A stretch of DNA of 64,000 nucleotides from contig MU008178.1 in NCBI GenBank assembly GCA_010909165.1, forward strand, positions 818,369 to 882,368, written 5' to 3'. The position numbers and the translations under genes were made by a program. Positions 50,501 to 63,450 of the stretch are shown here, piece by piece (positions within the stretch are counted from its first letter, which is position 1; the number at the start of each line of letters is the position of its first letter). The notes below the pieces were generated by a model. That model was given only the letters and a program-made list of their open reading frames with translations. It was not told the origin of the DNA and searched no databases. The stretch is from Anthoceros angustus. Its lineage: Eukaryota; Plantae; Anthocerotophyta.

Positions 50501-51080
50501 CCGGTGATGATAGTCCTGTGATGTGATGAAAGTGAAAAGAGGGCGGAACGGGGCGGGGCGAGGCGTCAGTCCCCTTCATTCAGCAGGTGACGAGTCCTGT
50601 GATGTTGTTATCAACTCATAATAGTGTGTCCGTTATAATTGCGCCCGTCTGCCTCACCACCTCGCGATCGCTCTCCCACCTACACACCTTCCGGAACTTC
50701 AAAGGTTGCCTGCGCCTGCGCCTGCGCCTGCGTCAGGGGAGTTGGACGTGGTAGGCGGCATGCCCCGTAACACCCCCGGGGCCTGCTTCTGCTCGCCAAT
50801 AACGCCTTCAACTTCCACTTCCTTCCTTCCGCTTGGCTTGCCGGAGTTGACCTCGCAGCCACAAAGCTCTTTGTTGTTGCCAAGCGGAGTAGGTACGTCA
50901 CGGGACTTGGCGCCGCACCCGATTACTCCACGGAAAGATTGATGCAAATGAAACAAGCTTACTGGTAACCACAAGCCTTCCCTCCATATAGCAAATGAAA
51001 TTTGCTTATTGCACATGCCTTCCCTCCAGCCTCCAATTACATATGCTTATTGCACACCACCTGCACAATCGGCCACAATC

Positions 51081-51841
51081 TTTTTTTTTGTGTATACTTC
51101 TCATTGGTGGAACGGGATGGTAAATTGCTTGTAAATTGCTCGTTCCACCAACAAGCATAGCCCTGCTTGAATCCACTGCCGGCCCCGAAATTTCCGGCCC
51201 CGAAATTTCTTCAGGCAGCGAAAGCTTAGACCAATACCAGCTACTCTTACAGCATCCAAATTGTGCACAAAAGGCCTTTTGTGGTGGCTGAGGTCTGACC
51301 TCTATACACTACGCCTGTCCAGTTCCTCCATAATGTGAAAAGGGTGATGGCCCAGAGGACGGGCCACCAATGTCCTTTCACCAAGGGAGCATTGGTAACT
51401 GGATGTAAGCCAAGCAGACTAGGGTAGTACGTTCCTGTAGGTTAGTCGGCAAAGATGGTCTAGGTAGAGTGATCCACCTGAGTATTAACTCCCATACCAT
51501 CTTGGGTATGTGACAGTGGAAAAAAATGTGTTGACTCTTATATGCTTCGCCCGCGTGCAGAGGATACAGTTCTCGGTTCAAGTGGCAAGGGACAAACCAT
51601 CCCAGCAGTCTACATTAGGGAGGGCGACTTGAAGGAATTGCCAAGCCACGTGTACACCTTGCGCTTTCAGAGGGATGCCAGGATTCTGCCAAAGCATCGT
51701 CAAGACCACTTACTGTGTATGTTTCGAGAGATGAAGCCTAGGTCTATTACCATGACCTTATTTCTGGCGAATGGCATAAATGAGGTTGTGGTATATCTCT
51801 CCCCGAACAGTGTTGAGTAAGGACTTATGAGGATGGAGACT
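51081..51841 (-). mobile_element. 3' remnant of an L1-like non-LTR retrotransposon (zf-RVT region and candidate poly(A) tail)
   Basis: Minus strand reads MLWQNPGIPLKAQ..AWQFLQVALPNVD..*TENCILC, then after a frameshift KSQHIFFHCHIPKMVW, matching the zf-RVT pattern; A9 at 51081-51089 on the minus strand. Confidence 0.7.
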
Positions 51842-52448
51842 TGTGGAATGAGGTTTTTGCGTCCCAAAGGCGCAAAGAGGCCACATTACCCTCTATGTCG
51901 TTATAGCCCTACGATTCGATCCCAAGGGAATGGTTTTGTGTCAAGATGTTCTAAACTACGGGTCCTAGTCCTACCACAACCGATCTTTACCCTACCACAA
52001 ACAGCCACCGTGAAGATCTCAGCCACCGATGCGTTCGACCACGCATGATGGTTGATTCAACCAACATGGCAGGCTCACAGGTCGCGGTTGTCTGGTTGTC
52101 ACCCGGCTCCCCGGGCGAGGTCTCTGAGAGTTATGGCCTTACACACACACCCACCTAGACTCACACCTAGTCTAATTCTCTCACAGGGAAGTCCGTTCTC
52201 AGAACTTTCCGGGGATTAGGCACCACGACCCCGAATACCGCGAAGTCTCGCTCTGGCGCCGACCCTCACTGTCCTCACCACTCGCTTCGCCCTTTCTATC
52301 ACTCCGCGTTTTCTCAAAACGCACACGCATTTTCCCCGCCCTCCCCTACAGCGGCACGCTCACCCCCCTTCTGCCAAGAACCTTTCCCCACACATGGATA
52401 CCCCCCTCTTCCCCTTTCTCAGGCCACACAGACCTCACCCCGGCCACA
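51842..52448 (-). mobile_element. 3' LTR (~607 bp) of an LTR retrotransposon inserted into the LINE
   Basis: Minus strand begins TGTGG (52448) and ends CCACA (51842); polypurine tract GAGGGGGG at 52452-52459; the LINE frame stops at 51841. Confidence 0.65.
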
Positions 52449-55330
52449 GGACCCCCCTCATAGAATTAAACACGTTCGATGGGCGCTTCCTAGGAGACGA
52501 GGAGAGGCACAGTCGGTGATTCACTCGCGATCTCACCCCGACTTTCCGCAGCAACCTTCGCCTTTCGGTACGGCGCCTCCCCTGGTCATCCCCGACGTGA
52601 GCTTGGCCACTCCGCTCTCGACCATCCAGGATCTTCCGGTCTTCTTGTGACGAAAGCGATGTGCGAACCCGTTCGGTCTTGACGAACGTCTCAATCAACC
52701 CGCGAGGATTCGATACGGAAGTTCACACGAAATCGTCATTAAGAGACACTCAAAGGGTCTCTTATACATCTAGCGGTTGACCCGACTCACTTCTCTCGAT
52801 GTCTAAAATTGTAGCTCCTACCACGAGCACCCCTACCAATCCGAACTACATCTCTGCGGGCTCTCGAACACCCTATCCCCTAACCCCAAAAAACCCCGGA
52901 CCTATGATGTCGCGGCACCTAAAATCTTGCCTCATGATTCTTGCCTAACTCTGGCCCATAGGGTCCCTCTCGCTCGCCCGCCTCGATCCGAGCGATTTTC
53001 CCCAAAACCTCCACCTCGCTCTCACTGCGGTTCCTCGCGCCTTCCATGGGCGTTGCGCTTTGTAGCCTCTACATCCGTTGTCCGCTCCTCCTCAGCTGGA
53101 CACCGTGTGCTCCTCCCTCCATGCTCGGCCTCGCCTCGCTCATCTCCTCCAAAGACTACTTGGAGGGTAGGCGCCGCTCGGAAGGAACCCAGTAGCTGTG
53201 GCGGTCAAGATGTGCGGCGGTGGTTTACGCCCCTCTGTCCCAACAACCACATACACGCTTTAGAGTGAGCACCCGCCACCATGCGGGCGACGAGGACATG
53301 AGCATCCTCATCCGCCGCGTAACTGTCGCCCTTGATCTGAGGTCCTTACCCTCTCCTCCGTGGACAATCACAGGCGGCTGCTGGGTTTCGAGGATCTGCC
53401 TCCCCATCTGCGGTACTCACAGGTGGCTTCCCCCACCTCGGTTCCTCCTTCCGCGACGGTGGCCGGTTTAGCCACCGTGGTGGTTACTTCCCCACGGTGG
53501 TTGCTTGGCTCTACTGTTTTTCTGGCCTTTCTTGGTTTGGCCTCTCTCTTGACTCGGCCCTAGCTTCGCCTCTCTCTCGCTTGTATCTCTCCGACTTCTT
53601 GAATTTCTCGGGCGCCATTGTTTCCACACTCTGGACTCGCGAGACCTCATCTTGAAGCTCCTCAATTGTAGCATGCGCCCCTTGACTGATTCACTAAGGC
53701 CTCTGTTGGGTGGACATGGCCCTTAACTGCTCCTGTGCCTTGCATAGGGCCGCGCCTCCGCCTCCGCCACCTTGTTCTCGCCTTCCGGGCTCTCCAACTT
53801 TTCCTTGAGCAACTTCTCTTTGGCACACTCGGCCGGTGAGCCAGCATGGTCGAGGAGATCCGCTGCGTCGAGCCATGGCCGGGTCAGCCTGCAGATTCTT
53901 GGGCCATCCTGTGCCCATCCCTCCACAACAATTCGCCTTGTGGCGGTGTCACCTATCTCCACGGTAGGACGGTCGGTGAAATGTCGCCAAAATGTCCGGA
54001 GCTCGTCGCGGACTTGGCCAAACTAACCCCTCTTCTTCTAGGGGTTTGCCACTTCCTCCTCCGCTCCAATCTCTCCTAGCGGCGACTCATCCCCTGCACT
54101 GAGGGAACAACTTGTCGCTTCCTTTATTTTCTCCTCCTTCACCGCATTCTGCTGCCGACCGTGACCCTAGGTGTAGTCAGGTTCCTCTTCACGGTGTCCT
54201 TCCCTTTTCGCCGACCGCTCACTGCCGCCGCCTCCGCTTCTTGCCCTTGGAAACCTCCCCACCTTCATCCGAATCTTCTAGGAGGCGCATTCCCAAGCTA
54301 GAATCCTTCCCTAATCCTCCTTACACTCCTCCTCCTCTACCTTGAGTTCCAGGTTTCCGGCTATGAAGGGCGCCCAACCCGTTAGACACTTAGAAGCGCG
54401 AATACATGATCGGAAAAGGTGAAATCAAGGAGGGCCGAGGGAAGGGAGAGCAAGTCGCCTTCTCTCACAGGCTCTTTCAAAGATCATCCTCCCCAATCGA
54501 TTTGTGTACCTTAACCACCTCATGAAGAAAGACCGTGAAGTGGTCCGCCATATGATCCAACTTCGGTTGCAGAAACACAAAATCCACTTGGCCAATCCCA
54601 CAGGCACGAAAGGTAAGTAGTCACCCATCCATTGTTCACCCTCACTTCCCAGGCTTCATGAGCGCGGCGGCTGCGGCTCTCGGGGTCTTCTTTCTGGGGT
54701 CAATTACCAAGCTCCCATCCTCGATGCCCTTTGCCTCGAAAGAGCCCCAAATCCAGTTTTGCGGCCTCTTCCTCGCGTCGCCCTCTTGCGACTGGTTCTC
54801 AATTGGCGCACTCTTGCACCAATCATCGTCAAACACCATTTCTTCTCCATAAATTCCAGGCCCAGCCCCGCACGGCTGCCACCTTGTTCTCGCCTTCCGA
54901 TGGTCCATGTTGGGCCCCGCGTGGGGATTTCGGCCGCACGGGGTGCCATCTCCTTCCTCCTTGTTTCCCAAAAAAAACTCGACCCACCTGCAGACCGGGT
55001 GAAAAAGGAACACCACCCTTGCACGCTTCTTCCACTCCTCTTGGCTGGCCTCTTGCCTCGGCGCCTCTTTTCCTCCTCCTCCTCCTCCTCCTCCTCCTCC
55101 TCACTGGCCTGACTGACCGCGCCTTCTACTGCCAGCAGACTCGGCCTGTGCACGGCCAGCTTTGCGCAGCCTCTGCGCCCCGCTGCCCGGGACCTCAGCC
55201 GGTGTGTGTCCTTCTCTCCAGCGCCCGATTGATCGGCCCGCTCCACCACTAGGGTTGTAAACTCCCCCACAGACGTCCTGCTTCGGCCACCGTGGTGGCC
55301 GCCACCCCACTTGACTACCCCAATCGTGGC
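52449..55330 (-). mobile_element. Probable internal 3' region of the same LTR element with decayed E/R/K-rich reading frames
   Basis: Lies directly 5' of the PPT and LTR; broken charged low-complexity ORFs and a (CCT)n tract at 55071-55102. The right boundary is uncertain. Confidence 0.4.
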
Positions 55331-56495
55331 ATATTGTGAGCATTCCTAGCATATATAGACACCTCATATTCCAAAATCACCAAAACCCAAGAACTCTATT
55401 TCCGACCTACCTATCCGGGTCGAAACCTAAGGTCCGAAAAAAGAAAATTATTATCACCAAGGGCCAAGGACCATTCCCGTATAAAAGGCCTTACCCAGAC
55501 GATTCTCAAAGCACTTTGCTATACTAACACACCCAAAACAAAAAAAATCATTCATCCCGACACTTTGGAGAGGGGTTAGTGTACATGTGGTCTTCCACAA
55601 GACTCTCTCGTCCTCGTTTTGGCCACCACCACCCATCAATGGTTGTTGAAACCTGAGCTACAGGGACTTTTTTGTGCCAAGCAAACTCGAAGTCTCCTTG
55701 CGGAATTTCTTCTTGGAGTTGCCATGTCCTACCCCAACCATGAAGAACTCTGACTAGTGACACTAGCCGATAGGTAATCAATACTTGTTCTAAGTTTTCA
55801 CTAGCAAGCCAGACTCGAGCTACGTGTGATATTCTTGGCAAATAGCTGCAGTATCCTCCACGCCTGTTACCAAGACCACCATAACGTTTGGGAGAACATC
55901 GTCAAGGTTATGCCCCTCCATCTCGACAATAGTACACTACATCCCAATTGTTACTCGCTCATCTTGTTGCAAAGGTAAGTAAAGCCTGTCATCTAGCCCG
56001 ACATCGAGCTAGGTGTGTACCCGGTTGGCACCTTGAAGGGACAAACCAAACTCTTGTCTTAGCATTGTTACTGACGACTTCCAAAGATGTGTCTAGTGAT
56101 CCCATGCATCTCTTAACCGTAACAGGCCATTGAAAGTTGTGGCCTTAAGAAACAGGGACCTACAAACGTCCGCCCTTATTTCCGGCGTCCAGATGTATCA
56201 TGTCCCTGAATCCACAAGCTGAGGATATCCGTTCGAATGGATGGGGGCTTCCAGATGAGAGATTGCTTTACGATGATCCACTCCCGAAGAACAGTTTGGC
56301 ATAGGGGCACTTCAAGAATAGAGGTTCTTTTTACAATGCGGATTACAATGCCAGTTACAATGTTTTTTAATAACCTGTTATAAATCACGGCATTATAGTG
56401 GATGCGTCCTCAATATCGTTGTAAATAGGTAAATACTTGTGCTATTTGTGCCACCTTTTGTTGTAAAGGTAAAGTTGCATTGTAAATTAGGTTTT

Positions 56496-56546
56496 GTACT
56501 AGGTTCGGTGCTAGGTTCGGTGCTAGGTTCGGTGCTAGGTTTGGTG
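56496..56546. repeat. 12-bp tandem repeat (TGCTAGGTTCGG) x~4
   Basis: Seen directly. Confidence 0.85.
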
Positions 56547-57139
56547 ATACATCAGCATGCCACAGGGTGGTAGCATGGTTTGGTGGTACACTTTAGTACC
56601 ATATGGCTTGGTACACTTGGTTACTTTGAAAAGGATAGAGAGATGTGAGAGGGTGACTTTAAGTTTTCATTAAAATAATATTTCAATATATGTTAGTTTC
56701 ACTTTTATATACTTTTACGTTTGCTATTATTTACTTTAACTTACTTTTACTTTTACTTGGATCTACTGTTTTATCCGGTGGTAAGTCAACCGCCACTTAC
56801 CCCAATTTCGGCCTGCCGGCGTGCACTCTCGCTATTGCCATCGGGCTCGATGAGTTGATCCTTCGCCCGCCCCGAGATGCCTGGATGCAATCTCCGCACT
56901 TGCTCATCCGGCGATCGCACACACTCCAGCGGGCTCAAAAGTTCGCGTGCGAGCTCGTTGTTGTAATCAACCCTTTGTCGCATTGTGAGCTATGTGGGGC
57001 TTCTTATAGGAGCCCTCCCTTCCCTCTGTCACGACGCGGGCTCCCCACATGCAAGATCGCTGCGGCTGGAATCAGCTTTGTTTGTCGATTTTGAAGGTAA
57101 TGTGCCTTGTGTGTGGCAATGTGTTTCCGAGGCTTGCTA

Positions 57140-57950
57140 CGCTCTTGTGTGCACATGTGCGAGTGCAGGGGCGTGAGATCTTTGTCGCGTGAGGTCTTGG
57201 CCTTGGAGTGGGTGCCGGTGCGGCTTCTCATTGTGTGGTGTCATCAAGAACTTGAGCGCTTAACGGTCTTGTGTGGACATGTGCATGCTCTAGGGCAGGA
57301 GGTCTTTGGGCGTGTGAGGGTGCTCTAGTGGGTGCGGTGCGGCTCCTTTGATCATTCCTTGTGTTCAATGTCACGGTGAAGGACTTGAGCGAGTAATGCT
57401 CTTGTGTGCACATGCAGGGATCTGAGATGTTGTCGCGTGAGGTCTTGGCCTTGGAGTGGGTGCGGCGTGCGGCTTCTCCTTGTCTATGGTGTCAGAAGAA
57501 CTTGAGCCTGCGGTCTTGTGTGGACATGTGCTCAGCGTGAGGTCTTTGGGCGTGTGAGGGTGCTCTAGTGGGTGCAGTGCGGCTCCTTTGATCATTCCTT
57601 GTGTGCAATGTTACGGTGAAGGACTTGAGCACGAATAATGCTCTTGTGTGCACATGTGCTAGGCTTGTGAGGTGGTGGCATTGTGATTTTGTTGGAGTGG
57701 GTGCCGATGTGCGGCTTCTCCTTGTGTCTTGATCTTTGGAGTGAAGAACTTGAGCACCTGCGGTCTTGTGTGCACATGTCAGGTTAAAATGTGGTCTTTG
57801 GGCGTGTGAGGTCTTGGCCTTGGAGTGGGTGCCGATGTGCGGCTTCTACGATCTCTGCTCTGTGTGTCAATTTGAACTTGAGCCGGCTTAATGCAAATGT
57901 GTGCACATGCGTGTATCGGAGTGGGTCTTGAGGTGCTCGGTGTTGGAGTG
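57140..57950. repeat. Satellite-like array of ~120 bp monomers with a ~240 bp dimer period
   Basis: Recurring TCTTGTGTG(C/G)ACATG, GAGGTCTT, AGTGGGTGC and ACTTGAGC; 57299-57415 closely repeats at 57539-57655. Confidence 0.85.
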
Positions 57951-58098
57951 ACATGGCTTCCTCCTGAGGAGGAGACATTAGGCATCTCAAGGAATCAAAA
58001 GCGTGCCCTCAAAAACATGTTGAGCGCTCACGTGTGAGTCGAGCCTTGGAGGCGTGCCAAAGTGGCGTTTGGTCTTGGCATGAAGGAGACTACAACTT

Positions 58099-60428
58099 GC
58101 GGTGGAAGGAGTGGATGTTCGCCAAAGCAAGTTGCAGCAAGGTTTGAGGAGGCGGTGGGCGGCGGGACGTGCTTACCCTACGGTTTGGGAATGTGAGCAG
58201 GTGTGATGCTTATGGGTGGAAGGGATCGGATAAGTCGGACAAGGAGTGGAGAAACATCGACGACTTGGTTTTCAAGATATCTGACAAGCGAGCATCAAAG
58301 AAGATCCCTAGGTTGATGGCCATTGGCATCCTTGTTGAGAGAGTGCATCGGTTGGGGCGCCTATGCACGAAAACTAATGAGGTAAAGGCCTCCAAGCACA
58401 AGAAATGTGAGGACATGGAGAAGGATAAGAAAGTGCACAAGGAGAAGGAGACCCACGGATCACATGGCCCTATGGCGAGGTCACAGAGCAAGGGAAGGGC
58501 AAGAAGGCATGTTGGGGCGGTGTCCTCGGACTCGAGGACAGTGATGAGGTTAGAGAGGTGGCCGGTGGAAGCAAGACCAAGGAGGACTTGCATGCAGGAG
58601 CGTGAGCAAGAATGAAGAGGAGGTTGATGTCATAAAGCGGTGAGGAGGAGGAAACCATCGTTCCGAGGCGGAGGATGTAGAAGGAGGCAGTGCAATGTCG
58701 GTGGGTTTTCCTTATAGTTTTAGATTCCTGCGGTTTAAGATTCACATGAGTGCTACCCTTAGGTCATGTGCTTTGCTTAGGACTGCAGGACTGCCTTGAG
58801 CCCAATGCTCATTTGGAAGGGTTTGTTCACGTTTTATCCATCACGTTTATGAGGTTTGAGCTTGATTTATGTGAGCTTGCTCTTATTGATTGCATAGAGG
58901 GAGCAACAAGCTTGACAAGTTCTTTGCTGGTCTTGACTTAGCCTCGATCTTGTAAAGTTCACTTACATTGCTTGCTAGCGTATCTTTGTTTGTGTGAGCT
59001 TGGTGTTTTGTGGATTCGAGATAGACTCTTGCGGTAGCTCAATTGTGAGGATTCTTCACGGGAGGGAGGAGAGAGGGGCCTCATGGGCATTCCGACATCT
59101 ATCTGTGCGATTTGGCGGGGGCCACTTTGGGCACATCAACACCTAGTGGTGTCTTGTCATGTCGTCATATGCGCATGTAGTGTATGCTTGTCATGTCGTC
59201 GTCCAATCGATCCGTCATGCATGGCGGGTGGTGACGGTGGCGTCTTGGAGTGTGGGCGGTTTCTTGATCGTCGTGTATTCATGCGGTGGAAGGAGTGGAT
59301 GTTCGCCAAAGCAAGTTGCAGCAAGGTTTGAGGGAGGCGGCGTGACGACGTGCTTACCCTCCGGTTTGGGGTAACAGAATGTAATGATGCTTATGGGTGG
59401 AAGGGATCGGATAAGTCGGACAAGGAGTGGAGAAACATCGACGACTTGGTTTTCAAGATATCTGACAAGCGAGCATCAAAGAAGATCCCTAGGTTGATGG
59501 CCATTGGCATCCTTGTTGAGAAAAAGTTGCAGTCGCTGGCCTATGGCCTATACGTAAAACTAATGAGGTAAAGGCCTCCAAGCACAAGAAATGTGAGGAC
59601 ATGGAGAAGGATAAGAAAGTGCACAAGGAGAAGGAGACCTGGATCACATGGCCCTATGGCGAGGTCACAGAGCAAGGGAAGGGCAAGAAGGTCAGAAAGA
59701 GCTGTCCCTGACTCGAGGACACCGTGATGAGGTTAGAGGTGACGGTGGAGAGCAAGACCCAAATGAGGACTTGCATGCAGGAGCGTGAGCAAGAATGTAA
59801 AGAGGAGGTTGATGTCAGGCGTCGAGGAGGACTAAACCATGCTGAGGATGTAGAACCGAGACAAAAATGTCGTGGGTTTTCCTTATAGTTTTAGATTCCG
59901 GTTTAAGATTCATGTGAGTGCTACCCTTAGGTCATGTGCTTTGCTTAGGACCAGGACTCGCCTTGAGCCCAATGCTCATTTGGAAGGGTTTGTTCCAGTT
60001 TTCGCATCCATCACGCGTTTAATGTGTTTGAGCTTGATTTATGTGAGCTTGCTCTTGATTGCATAGAGGGAGCAACAAGCTTGACAAGTTCTTTGCTGGT
60101 CTTGACTTAGCCTCGATCTTGTAAAGTTCACTTATACCGCTACAATGTAAGCCGCTTGTGAGCTTGGTGTTTTCTGGATTCGATAGACTCTTGCGGTAGC
60201 TCAATTGTGAGGATTCTTCACGGGAGGGAGGGAGGAGAGGGGCCTCATGGGCATTCCGACATCTATCCGTGTGCTTTGGGGCCATCACATCAACACCTAG
60301 TGGTGTCTTGTCATGTCGCCACACCGCATGTAGTGTATGCTTGTCATGTCGTGCCCTTTGTGCACAATATGCATGGCGGGTGGTGATACGGTGGCGTCTT
60401 GGAGTGTGGGCGCTTTTCGCCGTATTCA
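58099..60428. repeat. ~1.15-1.19 kb tandem direct repeat (58099-59283 and 59284-60428)
   Basis: Both copies start GCGGTGGAAGGAGTGGATGTTCGCCAAAGC and are colinear with scattered indels. Confidence 0.92.
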
Positions 60429-60445
60429 TTCGGAAGTGATGATTT

Positions 60446-60790
60446 TGTTCATGTCATCATGTCACGCCAGCACCGTAGGCATCTGTTCATCTTGTCATCG
60501 TATCACGTTGTGCACTGTAGGCATCCATTCATCTTGTCATCGTGTCACGTTGTGCACAGCATCTGTTCATCTTGTCATCATGTCACGTTGTGCACTGTAG
60601 GCATCTGTTCATCTTGTCATCATCTCACGTTGTGCACCGTGGGCAATTGTTCATCTTGTCATCATGTCACTTTGTGCACTTGTGGGCATTTGTTCATGCT
60701 GTCATCATGTCACGTTGTGCACACGGGCATTTGTTCATGCTGTCATCATGTCACGTTGTGCACCTGTGGGCATTTCTCCTGCCGTCATGT
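60446..60790. repeat. ~42 bp minisatellite (GTTCATCTTGTCATCATGTCACGTTGTGCACTGTAGGCATCT) x~8
   Basis: Seen directly. Confidence 0.9.
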
Positions 60791-61163
60791 TGTCATGGAC
60801 ATCTTACAATTCTTGATGCCATTGTTATTATGTGACATTGTGGACACATGTGCAGCTATTCATCTGGCATTCACATTTTGGACCTGTGGGCACTTTCTCA
60901 TCTTGTCTTCTTGGGTGGCATGGTGGACATGTTAGCATTTCCTCAAGTTGTCGTGTGCACACTTGTTTTCGTGTGTAGGCTGGGATACGCTAGAGTTGCA
61001 CACAAAGATCAAAAATCGGTGGAAGACCTCATCTCCTTGTCGAGCAAGAGACCGGTGTCGGTGATTGCAAGCGAGGAGACAAGCAACCTTGCAGCAAAAA
61101 TTGCTCTAGGGGAGCTCTGGCAGCGCCCTTGGCGCAATCTGCTATAACAAGGAGGTGCGGTTT

Positions 61164-62197
61164 TGTGGAGCAGTCATCAACTTCATACTCACACGAGCCT
61201 GACCTAATTATGTCATCGCTGCGGTAGAAGATGCACATGTTGCTCGTGTCCGAGCTGGTGCGTGCGGTCACGGGAGGCGGCGAACAATCTGAGAGCCAAC
61301 AACAAAAAGCGTGACGCCCTCCAACGAACTGTTAATCTGGCGGAGGATTTACATGATGCCTTTGGCCGCATACATAGCTTGACGCTCAAGAAAGAAAGGA
61401 CTCCTCAATGGATTCCAGCCCCTTCTTACACTAGCCAGAATGTAGCCCTCCAGATCACGAAGTGCTGCGTGTGCACGGTATACGCCCTATGCATGCCTTG
61501 TTTCGTGTACTGAGATCTGTTCCATGCATCTAACTGCAATTGGTTTTGTGGTGCTATGTAGGGGATTCGGATGCTATGACTTTGTTTTCCTCCCTTGTGG
61601 GCCTTGTTTTCACGATGTATGCCTCTACCAACATCTTTGGTCGGGGTGACTGCCCCAATCCTGCTTGTTCTCTTCAAGTCCCGGCATAGTGGTTGCGGGC
61701 CAAGGGTTGGCCATTCACTAGTGGAGTCCAACGGATGCACAGGAGCGTGACCCGAGGCGAGTGGAGAGCATTATCATGGTACTGCAAGAATTCCACATCA
61801 TGGAGCACCGTTTGGAAGAATTGTTGGGGGTCTTTGCTGCAGGATAGTGCCCACAGTGACTCACATAAGAAGGCGGTTCATGAGTCTCCGGTTAGTAGTG
61901 CTCTAAGGTTGTTGCTTTGCATGGAAAAGCTATATCTGAACCTTTGTGCTAATGAGCAATTCTGCTCCCTAGGCACATATAGGTCACGCTGCCCTCGCTT
62001 GTACCGAGGCGTTGATCACACCACCACGTGGGCAGCGGCCACCTACTTTCTCTGCCTTCACGACATGGTCCTACAACTCCCGCTCAAAAGGAGCAAAAAT
62101 TTCCTTGCATGTCTTCACCAAACCATTTCTAGCAAAGAGTGTGGGCTGTTCAAAGCAAACTCATTTAAGCTTGTTGCCCAAACTTTTGCGTTCCACA
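61164..62197 (-). mobile_element. Candidate 3' LTR of a Ty3/gypsy element
   Basis: PPT GAGGAGGGGAG (62200-62210, minus) followed by TA-TGTGGAACG at 62197. The left end is tentatively placed at the inverted TGTGGA at 61164. Confidence 0.5.
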
Positions 62198-62229
62198 TAC
62201 TCCCCTCCTCACTGTTTGCGTCCTGAACA

Positions 62230-63450
62230 ACTCTCGGTGAAGGTACTTCTTAACCTTCCACCCATTCACTCTAGTTGGCGCAAATCCCCATCCACCGTAG
62301 TTGCGGATCCATTCTCATACTGCCACCACCTCATAAGGTCCCATCCATCTCAACCTAAGCTTCCTAAGTCCATATATGGCTATCATATAGAAGAACCAAA
62401 TCCCGGCCATGATAGCTTCTTGCTTCCTCAACTTCCCATCATGCCTATCCTTTCTAAGCTCACAGATTATGAGTTTCTTCTAAAGCATCTTCCCTCGTTC
62501 CTCATGCTCTATGAAAGATTCTAGTCTAGCTACGGCTATCTTCTAGTCATCGCTCATCCTCCATGATTCTATAGGTAGGTACTTCAAATTCTCGGCATCA
62601 CGGAGACATGCCATATGTTAAATAATAAGGGGTCTTCTTGGTTGTCACCTTCTCTGTCATCTGTAAGCCCATAGCAGAATGTAGCTTAGTGTCCCAATCA
62701 TACATGTGAGTCACGATTACCTTGGTCAAGATTGTACACAGCCCATTCGTTTTCTCAAATCAAACCATTCGCTTTGGGATTGTAAGGAGTTGTCTTTCGA
62801 TGCCGAATGTTGAAGTAGGTGGTGAGAGTCTCGATCAGTTGAGGAAATGAGTTCCCCATCGACCAACTCAAAAGGACATCCATACCTCGTTATAATGTTC
62901 TCAAAGAAACTTCTCTGCGGTCGTCCTTCCTTGTTGCTTGACCTCCACCATCTTTGTACAATAGTCCGTAGCCACCAAGATATATTGCTTCCTTGTCCAT
63001 TGTGTGGGTGGCTTGATTGGACCTACAAAATCTATACCCACTTCTCAAATGGTGCCAAAGGTAGTATGTAGGTGAGAGGCCCTTTGTGTTGACAAAGTGG
63101 GCCTTCCAACCCTCGACACGCATCACACCTCCTAATAAATTCCACACATCCCTCTGCATTGTAGCCCACGAGCTGCATCCAAGACCTTCTTCACGGTGAT
63201 TTGCGTCGAATAATGACCACCAGCCTCTTACGCATGTAAAACACATGACCAAAGCGCTTCTCTAATTTCCGGACATCGCCGAATCTTCTCGTCTGGACCA
63301 AGCTTACAAGACCCCATCCGTAGGCAATAAGGGGCTGTCTTGTGGAGAAAAACAGCTCGCCCTCCCTAGACAAACCATCGGGCATGATTCCATGCTCTAG
63401 AAAATTTCGTACCTCACCATTCAAGTATCTTGGGCATGAACGCCCCTCAC
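62230..63450 (-). mobile_element. Degenerate Ty3/gypsy (non-chromovirus, Athila/Tat-like) integrase
   Basis: Across frameshifts: WATMQRDVW..RRCDAC (zinc finger), PFEKW(G)IDFVGPI, YILVATDY, IITRYGCP, HRKTTPYNPKANG, DWDTKL..AYR..TPYYLTYG, KLRLRWMGPYEV (GPY/F), RVNGWKVKKY. Confidence 0.9.

Noticed and set aside
49765-50526. 253-aa plus-strand ORF
   Set aside because: It overlaps the ABCG-C first exon in antisense and is held open by GC-rich simple repeats; no recognisable domain.
60337-60935. ORFs with repeated CSSCH (CxxCH) resembling a multiheme cytochrome c or metallothionein
   Set aside because: They are translations of a 42-bp minisatellite; unit lengths vary and shift frame, and the context is a TE block.
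51842-62197. One giant 10 kb LTR bounded by TGTGGAA..TTCCACA
   Set aside because: An internal PPT plus TGTGG at 52448 explains the left end as a separate ~600 bp LTR.
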